A DNA stretch of 63,496 nt. Source: Barthelona sp. PAP020 (lineage: Eukaryota). Under the pieces are notes generated by a model. The model saw nothing but the letters and a program-made list of their open reading frames with translations, was not told the DNA's origin and did no database searches. This document shows, in pieces, positions 43,044-54,848 of the stretch (position 1 is its first letter; every line of letters begins with the position of its first letter). The position numbers and the translations under genes are program-made. The DNA lies in the NCBI GenBank assembly GCA_040182905.1, contig JARQWU010000030.1, positions 1-63,496 of the forward strand, in the 5' to 3' direction.

Positions 43044-44402
43044 TTAAATTTCAAGGGCTAAAATTTCCAAAGTATCAATGACCTCTTCATCTTCAGATTC
43101 AACAAATGAGAATTTCAAATCATCATCTGATTCAGTTATAATATTGTTCTTTGCTTCAAGCTCTTCAGTAAATGGATCAAATTCCTTTTCAAAAGAACGA
43201 ATTTCAGTGGTGAGAGAAACAAAAATAGGTGAAGAACTATCTAATTCATCAGAAATACCTTCAACCAAACCATCATCAATCATGCATTGACATTCCTTCA
43301 TTATCTTTTCAGCCAAACAACGATACTCCTCCTCTTTATCAGGATATCTCTTGATCTTGTCCAATATTTCAAAAAACATCCAGTAAAGGGTGATAAATTC
43401 TTCTTTTTCTGACATTTGTAATGACATTTGAGAGAGACACTTGGCTGCCATTGAGGTTGTTCGAATTGAGGGATGAAATAACAGTTCTTGAAACTCTATA
43501 TCTTGAAATAACAAAACAGATACCAAATCTCTTATATAAATGGGGACTTTAGTCAGATCTTCTTCAGTTTGAACATCAACACCTAACATTTCAACAACAA
43601 TCTTACCAAGGGAATAAAGATCAGGATTCTTACCTTCATACTTCAAAAAGGCATTGTATTTTGTTGGTTGACAAAATGTACAATTAAACGATGGGTCATC
43701 CAACTTTACAATTACCTCGAAAAAATTGTTTTCTGATATTTCAGCTTCAAAACTTTCAAAATGATCAAAAGCAGGCAATTGAAGTAAAACTTGTTCTGGT
43801 TCTAATCGATAATAAGGGCGAAGCTTGCATTCATGTAAATGTAAGAGACCATTCAAAATTTGCCTGACAACAAAAAGAATGAATTCAACATCAAAAATTT
43901 CAAATTTATTCATTAACTGTTTTAAATTGCCTCCATTACAATGTTCTAAAAATAACTTGACGTTACCAGTTGAAATGTCATCATGAATAGAATATACAGA
44001 ACATATATTCATATGTTCTTTTAAAGAAGAATATTTGGTAATGTTTTCATGATAATTGTTGAAATTTTTATAAAGTTTTCGAGCATTCACTGAATTTACA
44101 TTTTTTAAACAAACCAAAGTTTCAGAATCAGCTAATTTTAAAATTGAAGTTATTGTGGATGATCCAACATGTAAATCTTGATCAAAAGTTATTTGGTCTT
44201 CTTGAATTTCTTCTAAACTTGGTGATTTCAATGAAGTTTTATCATAGTCTAAATTTTTAAATAATTTTTTCTCATTCATAACACAAAAATTCACATTTCG
44301 ACAATCAAATTGTGAAAAAAAAATTTGTTTTAATTTTATCACAGACCAGACAAACATTGTCAAAGCTTTTGATTCGCTTTCTTTTTCATACAAATGAATC
44401 AT
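43044..44402 (-). CDS. Protein-kinase-fold protein, probable pseudokinase
   Basis: LFLEHCNGGNLKQ, QILNGLLHLHE and DLYSLGKIVVEML are present. HRD reads YYR and DFG reads DDP. Start codon uncertain. Confidence 0.8.
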   Translation of the reverse strand: MIHLYEKESESKALTMFVWSVIKLKQIFFSQFDCRNVNFCVMNEKKLFKNLDYDKTSLKSPSLEEIQEDQITFDQDLHVGSSTITSILKLADSETLVCLKNVNSVNARKLYKNFNNYHENITKYSSLKEHMNICSVYSIHDDISTGNVKLFLEHCNGGNLKQLMNKFEIFDVEFILFVVRQILNGLLHLHECKLRPYYRLEPEQVLLQLPAFDHFESFEAEISENNFFEVIVKLDDPSFNCTFCQPTKYNAFLKYEGKNPDLYSLGKIVVEMLGVDVQTEEDLTKVPIYIRDLVSVLLFQDIEFQELLFHPSIRTTSMAAKCLSQMSLQMSEKEEFITLYWMFFEILDKIKRYPDKEEEYRCLAEKIMKECQCMIDDGLVEGISDELDSSSPIFVSLTTEIRSFEKEFDPFTEELEAKNNIITESDDDLKFSFVESEDEEVIDTLEILALEI

Positions 44403-44467
44403 AATAAATATATTGTTTCATATTTAAGAGTTTTTTAAAAAAAATAAAATTTCTTTATAAATGAAAA

Positions 44468-45142
44468 CTATTTCAACATGGATGATTCAATAATGATTTG
44501 GTCATTCAAAATAGGATTTCTTTTATAAGTGTTGCTTTCCAAATGTTTTTCATCATTACAATGATAGAAAAATTCATTTATTGGAACATTTTCCTCATTA
44601 CAATATTGACATTTCGTAAATTGCAAAAAATGACCATGATAAACTCTTTCTCTGTTTTGACGTTTCTTCAAATCCAAACAAAAGTGTTTGGCTTCTTCAA
44701 CTAAACGGATATCATCTTTTGAATCCAAAGAACTTTTGTTTTTTTGAGCACTCTGTGATGATTTATGATATTTGGTGGAAGTTCGAAATTGTTGATATTG
44801 TGGTGTAGTTTCAGTTATTCTCAATTCTTTTCCATAAAGTTCAAGACATTTTTTATTTAATCTATCCAAAAGACTATCTCTGTAGGAAATAGGAATATTA
44901 AGCTGTTTGCAGGCATTTTCAAAATCTTCATCCATACTATCAAGACTCTCAACAACCATCAATTTATATTCGGGATAAATAACAACATCATTTCTTTGAT
45001 CATATGTGAATACTATTGAACCAAACATATATAATAGTTTGGCTAGTTGTTGAGTTTTAGAATCTTTGGGCAAACAAAACAAACATATTTTTGCTTTGTG
45101 AAATATCTTGGTTGTATCATCGATTTTTTTTCTATGATTCAT
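44468..45142 (-). CDS. BRCT-like plus C-terminal CCHH zinc-finger protein, Dbf4-like
   Basis: N-terminal IFHKAKICLF...LLYMFGSIV (BRCT/motif-N-like); C-terminal CQYC-x11-HCNDEKH zinc finger. Confidence 0.5.
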   Translation of the reverse strand: MNHRKKIDDTTKIFHKAKICLFCLPKDSKTQQLAKLLYMFGSIVFTYDQRNDVVIYPEYKLMVVESLDSMDEDFENACKQLNIPISYRDSLLDRLNKKCLELYGKELRITETTPQYQQFRTSTKYHKSSQSAQKNKSSLDSKDDIRLVEEAKHFCLDLKKRQNRERVYHGHFLQFTKCQYCNEENVPINEFFYHCNDEKHLESNTYKRNPILNDQIIIESSMLK

Positions 45143-45323
45143 AGATGTTCATTTACTTGTTAATCATGAAAAAAAAAAATATTAAAAATTTGACATAAAT
45201 TTGTTTTATAAATTTTGTTTAGATATATACAATGTTTATTAAAAATAGAGAAATTTATTTAAGAAAACAAAAAAAGGAAACAGAATTATTTTTTTAATAT
45301 CGTGATTGAATGAATATGGGCCG

Positions 45324-46490
45324 ATGATATATAATTGGAAAATTATGACAATATTGTGTTTGTTAACAAGTTTGATGAATGTCCAAATGAAACCCTTTTT
45401 TCCAAATTCCAAATTTTTTGTTAATAAAGAAGATAGTGGAATATCTGAAGAATGTGAACTGTTAGATTTGAAATTTTCAGGAAGGTTTTTTTCTGCTCAA
45501 TCATCAAATGTTCCTTCATCGTTTAATTGGCTAAATTATTTGAATGAGCCGAATATTATTTCGCTTGGATATTGCAATGCATATTATGCGATGGCAAATG
45601 TCTATGCGTCGCAGTTAATCTATCAAAAACAATTTCAAAAGCAAATTTCCTTCAGTCTACAATCTATTATTAGTTGCATTGGAAAGTCTTCATGTAAGGG
45701 AGGTGACCCTTTTTTACCATGGATTTTGTCATCTTTATCACCCACATACAACAACCCTTATTATTATCATTTTGAATCCGACTTTCATTATATGGGGTCT
45801 GATACTATTCCTTGTCCTTCTGAGACAATTTTATCACAAAGAAGTAAAATACAGTGTTGGGGTATTGTTGGAAGTTCCATTGATCCTATTTTAGGATTAA
45901 CACCAGTAACGATAACCGATATTAGTCATTCTTTGTTGGAATATGGACCTTTATTAACCCAAATCAAGTGTTCTTTGTCAATTCCTGTGGAAATTTTGAC
46001 AAGTGAATTGTGTGGAGTTGAGAGAATTGATTTTGACTTAATCACAAACGTTAATGTGTTTCCAACCGTTATTTATGGATATGAATCGATTGAAGAGGAG
46101 TTATATTGGTTAATTCAAATCTTTGATGAAAACTTAGGAGGAAAATATAAAGTTTTAAGTTCAAACAAAGGATTTGGAGTTGGTGGTATTCGTTCTTTTG
46201 TTGCAACCGCATCTTTTGATAAAAATGAGTGTCCTTCTTTCAATCGTTTCTTATCTAACTATTACAATAAATGTTTACCATTATTTGATGAGGATCTATC
46301 CCCAATAACAACAAATGATTATGATTCAACAATATTATCAAATTTTTTGTTGTTTTTAGTTGTATTGTTCTTTGGTGTTACTTTTCATACATACATAATC
46401 AGTTTAAATAAATTTTCCAATGAAAAAAATAACATTTCCACTGTTTCCACTGCCACCATACTGGATGATTATGAAAGAGTTGAAGATTAA
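45324..46490 (+). CDS. Papain-family (C1A) peptidase homologue, catalytically inactive, with C-terminal TM anchor
   Basis: PSSFNW, GYCNAYYAM, SLQSIISC, SCKGGDP, YGPL and IYGY...YWLIQ. Catalytic Cys, His and Asn are replaced. Confidence 0.8.
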   Translation: MIYNWKIMTILCLLTSLMNVQMKPFFPNSKFFVNKEDSGISEECELLDLKFSGRFFSAQSSNVPSSFNWLNYLNEPNIISLGYCNAYYAMANVYASQLIYQKQFQKQISFSLQSIISCIGKSSCKGGDPFLPWILSSLSPTYNNPYYYHFESDFHYMGSDTIPCPSETILSQRSKIQCWGIVGSSIDPILGLTPVTITDISHSLLEYGPLLTQIKCSLSIPVEILTSELCGVERIDFDLITNVNVFPTVIYGYESIEEELYWLIQIFDENLGGKYKVLSSNKGFGVGGIRSFVATASFDKNECPSFNRFLSNYYNKCLPLFDEDLSPITTNDYDSTILSNFLLFLVVLFFGVTFHTYIISLNKFSNEKNNISTVSTATILDDYERVED

Positions 46491-46722
46491 AATAATATTT
46501 TTTTCCTTTCTTTTTTTGAATGTAAATAAAATAAATAAATAGTTTTTAAGTTTGATATTTCTGCTCTTTTTTTTTTGAAAGAAAAACTGAATTTTTTGAT
46601 GAAAACAAAAAAACAAAGGTTAGTAACTTTGTAAAGAGGAATCTATTATTTATTCACAGTTGATATCTTTATCATTAATTATATTACTTAAGTCATACTA
46701 AACATATTTATTCAAAAATTAA

Positions 46723-47211
46723 ATGAACAAACAAAAAGAATTTATACCATCATTTCTAAACAATGTTAATCATGATAATAACTCAAATACAAATGATAAT
46801 ATACCGTCTTGGGTTTTTATAGAACCACCAATGTTTAGAAAACAAGAAACAGTCGAGAAAGAAGTGGAAAAGGTTTGTACCACCAAAATTAGTGGATTTT
46901 TATGTTTCATATTTGTTGCTTTAATATTATGCTCAATATTATTAATAAGTACTCTTTATAATTATTTTGATTTGGATATGACAAATAAAGAAGATTCATA
47001 TGAACAGATGAATGTCTTCAAACCACCAGATTCAATCATTATTAATCATCCAATTGACGACCTATATTCAATAACAAAACCACAAGATAAACAAGAACAA
47101 ACTATTTACTTAAAGTTAAAAACCAGCACTACAACACTTAATAACAACAAAGAAAGCCAAATCAACATGAACAAACGAATAACGGTGAACAGAATGTTGC
47201 CAATTGTTTAA
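46723..47211 (+). CDS. Single-pass membrane hypothetical protein
   Basis: 162-aa ATG ORF with a hydrophobic helix GFLCFIFVALILCSILLISTLY. Confidence 0.55.
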   Translation: MNKQKEFIPSFLNNVNHDNNSNTNDNIPSWVFIEPPMFRKQETVEKEVEKVCTTKISGFLCFIFVALILCSILLISTLYNYFDLDMTNKEDSYEQMNVFKPPDSIIINHPIDDLYSITKPQDKQEQTIYLKLKTSTTTLNNNKESQINMNKRITVNRMLPIV

Positions 47212-50200
47212 TTGACATTTTTCAATTCATGTAGAAGAACGTATATTTTTTGAATAATTTGAGCCGAACCTAATAGAGTAAAATCATGTAAATTAGAGTT
47301 ATCCATCATTTTGAAATGTAAAATATTAGTCTTCATTTGATGATATGTCAGATTGATTGTTTTCAAAATATTTCTGTTTAGATGGATAATTCCGTTTGTT
47401 GTAAATAATGTCAATTTTGTAGAATCAATGCCACAAAATACTGGTTCACTATTGTTTAAACTATTTGAAGAAACACTTTTTATCACCAAATTACAAATAA
47501 AAAAATATTTGGTATTTCCAATGCATAAATATTTCCAAAGGTATTTTGTTTTAAAATATTGAATGTTTTCATATGTTTCAACCCTTGCTCTCACTTGATT
47601 TGATTCATTTGCAAGATGTGAATAATTTCTATTTGAAACAATATCATATCCATTGCTCCTTCCGCCAATTTTTTTTCCAAGACTGGCAAAAGAACCAGAA
47701 CCAAAAGACAAAACACCTGAAATGGGTTTTGCAATCGTGTGATAAATACCTTTCATAACACCTGTGACACCGCTCTTTATTGTGCCTTGCTTGAATCCTT
47801 CCTTTGAATCAACAACAACTGAAGTAAAACCACCAAGTACACCTCTTCCAAAAGATTTTAAACCATCAGCCATATTGTCAGAAGAGACATTTCTATCCAA
47901 AGTAATAGCTAAGGAATTACTAAATGATGCAGCTGTATCAAAAGTCACTTTTGACAATTGTTTGAACAAATTAAATACACCTGTTTCAGGATACTCTCTT
48001 AAAGCTTCTTTAACAACATGTAATATGTTAGAAGGTGCACCAAACAATTGTATATTCCCTAAAATTGAACTCCAATTTGTTTTTAAATTGTCAATATACT
48101 GATTTAAAACGTCATTAGAAAACTCTTCAAAACCAAATAACAAATGTGGTCTGTGATATAAAATAGGTAATTCAAACGTGATTGGCGCTAAACTTACATT
48201 AACTGGCAAATAAGGTATCAAACCACTTATTGTCAACTTAGTATCTTCAAAAGCTCTTAAGCGATTGAGAAAAATGATTGGATAATTTTTTTGTTTGTTT
48301 GAACCTTGATTAACATCTAACAAAGTTTTAAAAGTTTGAAAAAATGAATGGGTGTTTAAAAATTCAATTAATTCTCTGAAATAATTAGGAAAATTGACAT
48401 TTATTGCTGAACAATGAAAGAATAAATCAAAGTATAATCCATTAGATGTTAATAAATTGATAGAACATTGTGGAACATTTAAAATAGAATGATTACGTGA
48501 AAGACACTCAAAATTATTCATTTGAATACTGAATTGATTCCCATTAAAAGTAAACTTTGAACTATCAATAGTCAAATGAAGGTTGAAATCAGAAACACTT
48601 TGTTCCATTCCATTCTTTATATTTTCATCACTTGCAATACCTAAAAATAGTTTATCTATGTCGAAAATAATATCATTTTTGTTTTTATCAAATATTTTTT
48701 TTAAAACTTTCCAAAATTTTGAAAATTTTGTTTCTATAAAATTATTTGCCACAACATTTTTAAATCCTTCCAAATCATCTCCAAAAGTTTGTATTAGTTC
48801 CAAATCATCAAATATGAAAGATTTATCTTGTTTTATCAATCCTTCTATGTTTTCTTCAATATAATATCTTTCATCTGTTTTCATATGAGGTAAGCTTAAA
48901 AAAGCTCTATCTTTGCTAAACCTCCAATTTAACAAATATTTGTACTTAGCAATAATGGGATTATCAGTAAAGACTTTAAACAATTGCTGTTTTTGGGTTT
49001 TTGCTTCATCAAAATAAATGGCAGTAGCATGCTCACAATTCAAAAGTACACTGACAGGCATTTCAACAAATCTCATTTCTGATTCCTCGAATATCAAATA
49101 AAACCCAAAAGGAAATGTTTCATGAAGCAAAAGAATGGAAGAATTCATTGAAACAGATACATTATAAACGTTTTGGATATTTTTTTCGGGGAATGTTTCA
49201 CAAACACGAATTTGTACTGTGTTAGGCAGATAAAAAGTTGAAACACTATCATATGGGTTCAAAGAAACATTAAATGCAGAATTTTCAAAAATTATCGAAT
49301 ATTTAGTACTGTTTTTGATTGTATAATAAGTGTCAAAGGATAAAATTTTCTTTGGTTTGATAACCTTACGAAGTTTATCTGGAATGACACCAAATGAATC
49401 AACTGTTTGATTTGAAAATTCTTGTTCAATTTCTTGCACTGTTAAATCAACTTTAAACACAAATGAAGAATTTTCTTCGCTTTCAGTGATATTATATTCA
49501 AAAAGACCCATTGTGGGACCAAATTTATCAAGTTTCTCGGAATAAAAATTATACCTCAAATCGGATAAACCCTCAATGTCAAAATACAAAGAATTTTCAG
49601 TATTTGCAAGGATATATTTCTTGGACACCAAATCTTTATGCCATAATTGAATTTTTGGGAAATTTTTTGGAATTTTCACAAGAAGATACGAGTTGATTAT
49701 CACAAATATTCCGTATGCTTGATTTATAATTTCAACACTGACGTTGGGCGACAAAATTTGTTTAAACTTCTTTCTTTTGTGTAAAGGAACTGAAAAATCA
49801 AATATCATTGCTTCCTTTAAATCACAAATGCTTAAAGATATTGTATCATTGTCAGAAACAGTTGTTGATAATCCATCAATTTTAAATGCTTCAAAAACTT
49901 TAGCATTAATTTGAATGTAACTACTTGTACGATTAATAACAGTAACTGTCGGACAAATAAGTAAAACGTTCATGCTTTGCGTTCTTAAATTTGTTTGGGA
50001 AGCAGGATTTAAAATTTTACACAAAGAATGGTAACTTTCTCTCAAGAATATTGGACGATCCAACACTATTCCCATACCCTTTCGAATATTAATATTGTAA
50101 ATAGTGAGTGTTGGTCTTTCGAAAAATTGATGGTCAAAAGACTCAAGAGTTTCTTCATTAACCAAAAGAGAATGATCAAGAAGATTGAAAACACTCTTTT

Positions 50201-53084
50201 TGTTTGGATAGAAAATGGTCCTTTCAATGCCATTTGAAACAAGTTCCACTTTAGTTTCAGCTTTATCATTGAACTTTACAGTCTTTAAATGTTGTATCTC
50301 TTCTTCTGAGTAGATGACATCGATAAGGCTATTGGCTTGTACAATAAGATCATTAACTTTGATAGGTTCTCCTGTAGCATTCAAAAAGGTTGCATGATTA
50401 TCAAAGCCACCAAAAGGAGGAATAATTGCAACCACATGACCAATATGGAAAAGGCCATGCCATCCCAAATTTATATCACAAATATCAAGAAAATTAAACG
50501 AACATGCAGATAAGGGATCAATTAGATTCACACGAACTTTTGAAGATGAAAGCCCATTCTTACTTATCTTGGGTAAACTTACTGTGGTGCTTATAATGGG
50601 CAAATATTTTTTTAATATTTCAAGAGATATTTCTCCAATTTGAATGTTAATATGTTCTTTCAATTCAACCAACTTGTCAAAATAATCAATTGGTAAAGAA
50701 GAATCAGACATTGCCAATCCATTTGCTTCTTGACAATTAATTTCAAGGCCAATTTTAGGAGAATTAACGTGCAACTTTCCATCTAAAATCGAAATGTGTA
50801 ATTCATGTGGTTGAATCTGAAAATTGCCAAAACAAAAGTCTAATAAAGTTAATTTAGCATTAATTGAAGGAATTGGAATAATTTCTTTTTCTTTTAGCTT
50901 GAAATGAAACTCAGATTTAAAAGGTTCGAAAAAAGAAATATCAGATTTTCCAATTTCTAAAAATAACGGAGAATCTTCCTTTTTAATACTCAAATAAGCA
51001 AAGGATAATAAAAACAAATCCATTTTAAGGGAAAATACCCCTTCAATATCAAATATATGATGGTAGAACAAAACATTCTTTAAGTTGCAAGACAACGTGC
51101 TCATTTCATGACAAAAATCAAAAGAAACAAATTGATCATCTTTAGAAGAAGTGAATAAGACCACATCATTTTCAAAGACAATATTGACAATGAATTCATC
51201 GACAAATTCCAAATTATCGTCAAGCTCCGCCAACTTGATGCACTTAGGATAGGTTAATTTGTTCTCTGAGTTGAATAGAATTTCAAAGAAGGGTAAAAGT
51301 TTTTCCAATCCCATACGTTGACTGGGTGGATAATTTAATTCAACTATTTTGTTAATAAACTCACTCAAATTTCGATATCCTATTGTGGAACCATTTATCG
51401 AATCATCAATATTCATAGTTAAAGCAAAGTCTCTACTATTCAAGGTGAAGTTACTTAAAAAGGGCTCATATGCTTTAAAATCACGAATACTCAACTTTAA
51501 TTCCTCTTTAGAGCAAAATAATACAAGTTCATGACAAACAATCTCAACAATGGAAAAAAATTGCCCTGTTGTTACAAAACCTGATTGCACTGGTGGTTTA
51601 GGAATGGCCAAAAATCCATAGCCCAAAGTGGCCTAAAAAGCATCAGTAACAGCAACAATAATGTCTGAATAAAAATAACTATCATCTAATAACACTTGCA
51701 AGCTGTCATATTGAGCAAATCCCGACAAAAGAAGAGTGGGTTCGCTATACAAAAACTCTTTAGCAAACTTGGATCTACATTGCTCCTGAGGTAACAACAA
51801 GAGATCTATTACAAAATCAAAATCGTCGTTTTGTAATTGTAATTTTACTCGTTCAGTAACGACCATCTCAATTAAGGGAGATTGACATACCAAACTTTCA
51901 CATTTGATGAAGGAATCAGTTAATACAATAGACATGAGAATATTTTTGTCTTCTTTTACAGGTACAAATGAACTTCCAACATTGCTAATAAATAATAAAA
52001 CTTCATTCAACATGTTACAAATGGAATATCCCTGGTTCAAGTCAAAATCCATATGAAGACTGTTAACAATCAAATCTATCTGTTTTTCCGTCATGAAGAA
52101 CATTCCTGGATCATTGGACCAACATAATTCTTTGATGTCATTTTCCTTAATCTTCAAACCGCTCCATTGAACTTTTTGAATGTATTCATCCTGTTGAATA
52201 TCAATCTGATATTGCAACGAATCTGAAAGGAAACAGTTATCATCAAAATAAAAACTCAATACTGGGGCAATTATTAACACTTGTTTCAAATCAAAATTCT
52301 TCAGGAATATAATGACACTGTCACTATCATTTGAGTCAACACTTTCCACAGCTGATGGAATTACGCTAGAACTTCTTCTCTTCTCTTTAACAGTATCTAT
52401 ATTGGGTAAAAGCATATTGATCAATTTGGGAATTGTTTTGTTAAATAAATCAATCGAACTTTGACTAAAATGAGCAGTCAAAAAGGTATTAAGATCTATT
52501 CTCAAAGAATTTAACAAAAGTTCACCCATAAAATTGATAGGTTCAAACAAGGGCTGTGAATTTAACTTAAAACCACATGAATTAACAGCTAACTTTGTCC
52601 CATAAAAGACAGAATTCTTCATAATGGGCTCCAAAATTATTTCATCAATATTCAAACTAAATGTATCAGTTTCAGTTAGTTTAACATCAATTTGTAAATC
52701 ATTTACGTGATAATGAGTTTTATACAACAATTCTAACATTGAATTATTGTTATTAGAAGTACTAGGACTGGACGAATAAATAGCATTGGTTAATATAATT
52801 TCTGACTCTTCAGAAAAATCCAACTTTAATTTCATTCCTTTAGCTTTACAGATACATCCTCCAGAAAAAAGAGAACGCCAAGGAAAATCTAAGAAGAAAT
52901 ATGACACTTCTGCATTAACAACTGGAATACCTAAAAATTGTTGAAAAAATGAGGGTATCAAACAGATGTCTTCAAATTCTGCTTCAGCACCACTGAATCC
53001 AATCGATAAATTCTTTGTATCAAAATTCGAAATAACGCTGCCAAGCAATTTGTTAATTATTGGATTAACAGCTCTCTTTAACAT
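47208..53084 (-). CDS. VPS13: VPS13-family lipid-transfer protein, split into two in-frame ORFs by one TAG at 51633-51635
   Basis: The upstream ORF starts with a chorein-N domain (INKLLGSVISNFDTKNLSIGF...FPWRSL). The downstream ORF ends with the VPS13/ATG2-C region (ILGNIQLFGAP, GRGVLGGFTSVV, KGIYHTIAKPISG). Both are in the same frame. Confidence 0.82.
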
Positions 53085-53390
53085 CTAAATATCATGTTAT
53101 GTAAAAAAAAAAGTTTTTTTTTCTGTTTATGTCGATATTTAACAAATATAAAAGTCAAATCTGAACAAAATATTAACCATTTTATGATTTGGTAAGGAAA
53201 TCTAACTTCAATTGACAAGGTATACAAGAAGAAAATGCACATCAATAGGTTATTTTGACACTATCACAAAAAAAAAAGGAATATCTAATGGAGTTAAAGC
53301 ATAATAAAATGTATAAGTATGCAAAAAAGAAAATGAAATGAGAAATAAAACAAAAAAAAGAACACATTTTTTTGTCTATTTTATCATATT

Positions 53391-54848
53391 ATGCCTGATA
53401 TATCAACAAAAAATACGACATATCGAGCTAGTAGTTCAAGAGATTATGGAACATTGCATTCTATTATTGCTCAAGACAAATTTGAGGATTATAATCATCA
53501 TGAACTAAGATATTATGATACTATTGTTAATTCAGGTTCAAGAGGTGGTTTTTCATCATCGTCAGGATTTAGTAAAAGTTCGAAAGGTGGATTTGGGAGT
53601 AGTAAATCATCATTTGGATCATCTTCTTCATCATCTTCATCTGCTTTTTCAAAAAATAAATCTCCATCCAAATCAAGTTTTTCTTCCGATAAGAAAAAAT
53701 CTTCATTTTCTTCAAGTTCTTCAAAGAGTGGTGGACTTTTTGGAAAGAAGAAAGATGATGAAAAGAAAACTACTGGAGGTTTATTTGGAAGTAAATCCAA
53801 AGTGGAATCCAAAACCCCAACAAAACCGGCAATACAACAACAAATTACAACAATTTCACAACAACTCCAGATTGTTTCACCTGATTTAAATCCCACTAGT
53901 GCTAGTTCATCAGGACCATTTGGTAAAAAGTCGTCTGTTGGGAGTAGCAGTAGTAGTCGCCTTGGTGGTATGTTTAACAAGAGTAAAGTATCACAAACAA
54001 GTACTTCAACTGAAAAAAAATCAACAACATCACCAACTCCAAAAATTGTTATTTCTAAATTGAATATGGATAAATTCAAGAGTATTGCGCAAACACCCAG
54101 TTCAACTCATAGCATTTCTTTGAGTAAAACAGAAAAACCTGCTAAATTAACTCGTTCTGTATTTGTTGATACTCCACAACTTATGTCAACACATAGAACT
54201 CGAAAAACTTTAAGAATAACCCCCCGTACGGAACGTATTCAAACTACGAAACTCAATGATGATTTTTTAACCCCTTCTCGCGGTATGAATTCTAATTTGC
54301 TTATGCCTACTTCATCTTGGAGTGATACAACTGCTCAAGATATCCAACATACACCTTATAAGATTGGAATGTCCCCACAAAATTCGTTAAATATATTGTC
54401 AAGTTTTAGTACGACAAAAACTGTTAGTAAACCTTCAAAGAATCCTCCAATATTAACAAAGGCAAACTATGTTACAAAGCCTTCATTGAAGGAACTTCAA
54501 TCATCAACCGAAGAAGAGCTAGCCAAGGTGGAAAGTTTTTCCATCGAAAATATGTATGGAAGTATCAGGTGGATGGACACTGTTGACCTTAATAATGTTA
54601 ATTTGGATTCATGTGTTGAAATAAAGGATGCTGAAGTGATTGTATATCCTAATGAGGAGGAAAAGCCTCAAATTGGAGAGAAATTGAATGGTCGAGCTTT
54701 AGTCACTTTGTTTAATATTTTTCCAGAACCAAATCAAACTTCAGAAGAATTTGAAAAGCTTTTGGCATCAATTAATGAAGAGATCAATTGTCGTTTCGTT
54801 TCTTTTGATTCTGATGGCAAATGGTCATTTGAAGTTCCTCATTTTTAA
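53391..54848 (+). CDS. NUP98: Nup98/Nup116-like FG nucleoporin
   Basis: GLEBS-like SIIAQDKFEDYNHHELRYYD, GGLFG/FG repeats and a C-terminal autoproteolytic-type domain (YGSIRW, VYPNEEEKPQIGEKLN, GKWSFEVPHF). Confidence 0.88.
   Translation: MPDISTKNTTYRASSSRDYGTLHSIIAQDKFEDYNHHELRYYDTIVNSGSRGGFSSSSGFSKSSKGGFGSSKSSFGSSSSSSSSAFSKNKSPSKSSFSSDKKKSSFSSSSSKSGGLFGKKKDDEKKTTGGLFGSKSKVESKTPTKPAIQQQITTISQQLQIVSPDLNPTSASSSGPFGKKSSVGSSSSSRLGGMFNKSKVSQTSTSTEKKSTTSPTPKIVISKLNMDKFKSIAQTPSSTHSISLSKTEKPAKLTRSVFVDTPQLMSTHRTRKTLRITPRTERIQTTKLNDDFLTPSRGMNSNLLMPTSSWSDTTAQDIQHTPYKIGMSPQNSLNILSSFSTTKTVSKPSKNPPILTKANYVTKPSLKELQSSTEEELAKVESFSIENMYGSIRWMDTVDLNNVNLDSCVEIKDAEVIVYPNEEEKPQIGEKLNGRALVTLFNIFPEPNQTSEEFEKLLASINEEINCRFVSFDSDGKWSFEVPHF

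Noticed and set aside
47208..53084. Alternative genetic code (TAG reassigned)
   Set aside because: TAG, TAA and TGA all terminate well-conserved genes at the expected positions in this window, and only one internal TAG was seen.
53513..54079. 188-aa antisense ORF within the Nup98-like gene
   Set aside because: Shadow of the low-complexity Ser/Gly/Lys-rich coding sequence.
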